Positions 61,222-64,000 of a stretch of 64,000 nucleotides of DNA are shown one piece after another. A program made the translations under genes and the position numbers. The DNA lies in NCBI RefSeq assembly GCF_039654945.1, contig NW_027361771.1:36642001-36706000 (forward strand), read 5' to 3'. The notes under the pieces are model-generated. The model did no database searches and was not told where the DNA came from. It was given only the letters and a program-made list of their open reading frames with translations. This DNA comes from Dendrobates tinctorius (lineage: Eukaryota). Position 1 is the stretch's first letter, and each line of letters begins with the position of its first letter.

Positions 61222-61772
61222 ATGGTTATAACACTGTGTAAGAGGTAGTCACACATTGCAAACAGGACCAAGTGCAGGACCTGCGGCCGAACGTACTGCT
61301 ACATGTAGTACAGAAAAACAGATACGTTGCACATAGGATGCTTGTCTGGGACTTGGCAATTATTGGGTTCTCTATTGTTAATTCAACATCCTTTAAAGAT
61401 AAGTGCACTTTATGGGTATCCTGTAGATGTACATGCTACACCCAAGGTAAAGCCGGGAGCATCTGATGGTGTTTCGTGTGCCATTCCCACCCAGCGACCA
61501 TAATGGACCTACTCCTAAATGCCAGTTATGGGAGGAGATAGTTTGATATCATTTTATATGTCACCTCTGGGCTCCATGACCTGTATAAATGGACTTGTGG
61601 TTTTGCTTAGTTACAGACTTATTCATTGCTGTTTGATAATCTTAGAATTTCTAAAAATGAGTGCATTACCCCATATATTTTCCTATTTTTATTGTTTTTT
61701 ACAAACCCCAATCTCTAAATTTGCCAATTCCTTAATCTAATTTTTCAAAAAGTGTATTGCTGTGTTATCAAT

Positions 61773-61825
<53 letters not shown>

Positions 61826-62337
61826 TTAGCTGAAGAGCCCGGCGTTGCCCGGGCATAGTAACTAACTATGGTTAGTTATAATAATCTTAAGTGTAGAGCC
61901 CCGCCCACTCTGCATAGCCACATTCACTATAATATCCCACATCATCCCGTCAGCCAGAGCTACCGACCTACTACCCCTAATATCCCACATCATCCCGTCA
62001 GCCTGGGGTCAGAGCCAGAGCGCTGAGTGGAACGGTCCTAACTTCCATACCGGGAATCCCTTTGAGAGGCCTGGCGTCAGAACCAGAGGCCTGAGTGGAT
62101 TTGCCCTGACTTCCATATCAATGATCCCTTTAATAGGAGCCTGGGGTCAGAACCACAGTGCTGAGTGGAATGGTCCTAATTCCATACCTGTGATCCATTT
62201 AAGAGAGGCCTGGGGTCAAAACCAAAACGCTGGATGGATTTGCCCTAACTTCCATACCAATGATCCCTTTAAGAGATGCCTGGGGTCAGTATCAGAGCGC
62301 TGAGGGATTTGCCGTAACTTCCATACCGGAGATCCCT
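61826..62337 (-). mobile_element. Non-autonomous Helitron family X, 3' part
   Basis: Reverse complement of the 4342-5623 element: hairpin + CTAA end, 2 units of the 47-bp repeat, ~5 units of the 70-bp repeat; cut at TTAA 62338 by a piggyBac-like element. Confidence 0.78.
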
Positions 62338-62341
62338 TTAA

Positions 62342-64000
62342 CCCCTTCATGACCCAACCTATTTTGACCATCATGACCTGGCCATTTTTTGCAATTCTGA
62401 CCAGTGTCCCTTTATGAGGTAATAACTCAGGAACGCTTCAACGCATCCTAGTGATTCTGAGACTGTTTTTTTGTGACATATTGGGATTCATGTTAGTGGT
62501 AAATTTAGGTCAATAATTTTTGCGTTTATTTGTGAAAAAAACGGAAATTTGGCGAAAATTTTGAATTTTTATTGTTAAACTAGAGTTATGTGACACAAAA
62601 TAGTTAATAAATAACATTTCCCACATGTCTACTTTACATTAGCACAATTTTGGAAACAAAATTTTTTTTTTTGTTAGAAAGTTATAAGGGTTAAAAGTTG
62701 ACCAGCGATTTCTCATTTTTACAACAAAATTTACAAAACCATTTTTTTAGGGATCACCTCACATTTGAAGTCACTTTGAGGGGTCTATATGGCAGAAAAT
62801 ATCCAAAAGTGACACCATTGTAAAAACTGCACCCCTCAAGCTACTCAAAACTACATTCAGGAATATTATTAACCCTTCAGGTGCTTCACAGGAACTAAAG
62901 CAATGTGGAAGGAAAAAAATGGACATTTTAATTTTTCCAACAAAAATTTACTTTTAGCATCTATTTTTTCTTTTTCACATGGGCAACAGGATAAAATGGA
63001 TCCTAAAATTTGTTGGGCAATTTCTCCTGAGTACACCGATACCTCATATGTGGTCATAAACCACTGTTTGGGCGAACGGCAGGGCTTAGAAGGGAGGGAG
63101 CACCATTTGACTTTTTGAATGGAAAATTAGCTCCAATTGTTAGCGGACACCATGTCGCGTATGGAGAGCCCCTGTGTGCGTAAACATTGGAGCTCCCCCA
63201 CAAGTGACCCCATTTTGGAAACTAGACCCCACAAGGTACTTATCTAGATGTGTGGTGAGCACTTTGAACCCCCAAGTGCTTCATAGAAGTTTATAACGCA
63301 GAGCCGTGAAAATAAAAAATCATTTTTTTTCCCACAAAAATCATTTTTTTTTCCAAGGGTAACAGGAGAAATTAGACCCCCAAAGTTGTTGTGCAATTTT
63401 TCTTGAGTACGCTGATACTCCATATGTTGGGGGTAAACCACTGTTTGGGCACACATCGGGGCTTGGAAGGGAGGGAGCACCGTTTGACTTTTTGAACGCA
63501 AAATTGGCTGGAATCAATGGTGGCGCCATGTCGCGTTTGGAGACCCCCTGATGTGCCTAAACAGCGGAAACCCCTCAATTGTAACCCCAACTCTAACCCC
63601 AACACACCCCTAAACCTAATCCCAAACCTAAACATAACTCTAATCTTAACCCTAATTCCAACCCTAACCCTAATTCCAACCCTAATAGAAAAATAAAAAT
63701 ATTTTATTATTCGTCCCTACCTGGGGGGGGTGATGTACTATTTTTTTTTTTTTTATTTTCATCACTGTGATACGATCTATCACAGTGATCAAAGTGAATG
63801 GATGGAATCTGCCGCTTGACGGATTCGATAGGCGCACTGCGCATGCGCCCGGTATTTTGGGAGCTGGCGGCGCCCATCACTGTTGGTGGCGGGACATCGG
63901 GAGCCACAGCGGGACTCGGAGGGTACCGTGGGGGGGGTGATCGGGAGGGGGAGCAGATAGTCACGGTGGCGGCAGATCACTGCCATCAGTCGGTGGCGGG
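62342..64000. mobile_element. Non-autonomous piggyBac-like element (runs off the window)
   Basis: TTAA|CCCCTTCATGACC start; colinear with 21142-22810 including the (CCCTAA)-like patch. Confidence 0.78.

Noticed and set aside
63580-63685. True telomere or chromosome end
   Set aside because: Short, degenerate, and internal to a transposon.

Overview
Vertebrate, repeat-rich genomic DNA, most likely a frog (anuran), judged from the amphibian-type KRAB/FAX zinc-finger exon structure and the TE repertoire. There are two intact spliced host genes in divergent orientation. One is a 6-coding-exon KRAB-like C2H2 zinc-finger gene on the minus strand (ATG 31447, stop 14326, 569 aa predicted). The other is a 4-exon TMEM17-family ciliary transition-zone gene on the plus strand (ATG 53979, stop 61221, 186 aa) with an RFX X-box-like promoter. 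Most of the remainder is nested mobile DNA: a fragmented Neptune-type Penelope element, two L1s, two L2s, a DD35E Tc1 element, a near-intact two-gene PIF/Harbinger element with many related MITEs, Kolobok/T2 and piggyBac-like TTAA elements, three solo LTRs, a tiny gag+integrase-zinc-finger LTR element, non-autonomous Helitrons carrying satellites, and several minisatellite arrays. The most unusual observations are: a head-to-tail Helitron dimer flanked by a 134-bp target duplication; Helitrons that share one 3' terminus but carry different satellite and promoter-motif cargo; a non-canonical hammerhead-like motif in a Penelope pLTR; and a 1.36-kb-internal LTR element whose single reading frame fuses Gag to the integrase HHCC domain. 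All calls were made by eye, with no database searches.
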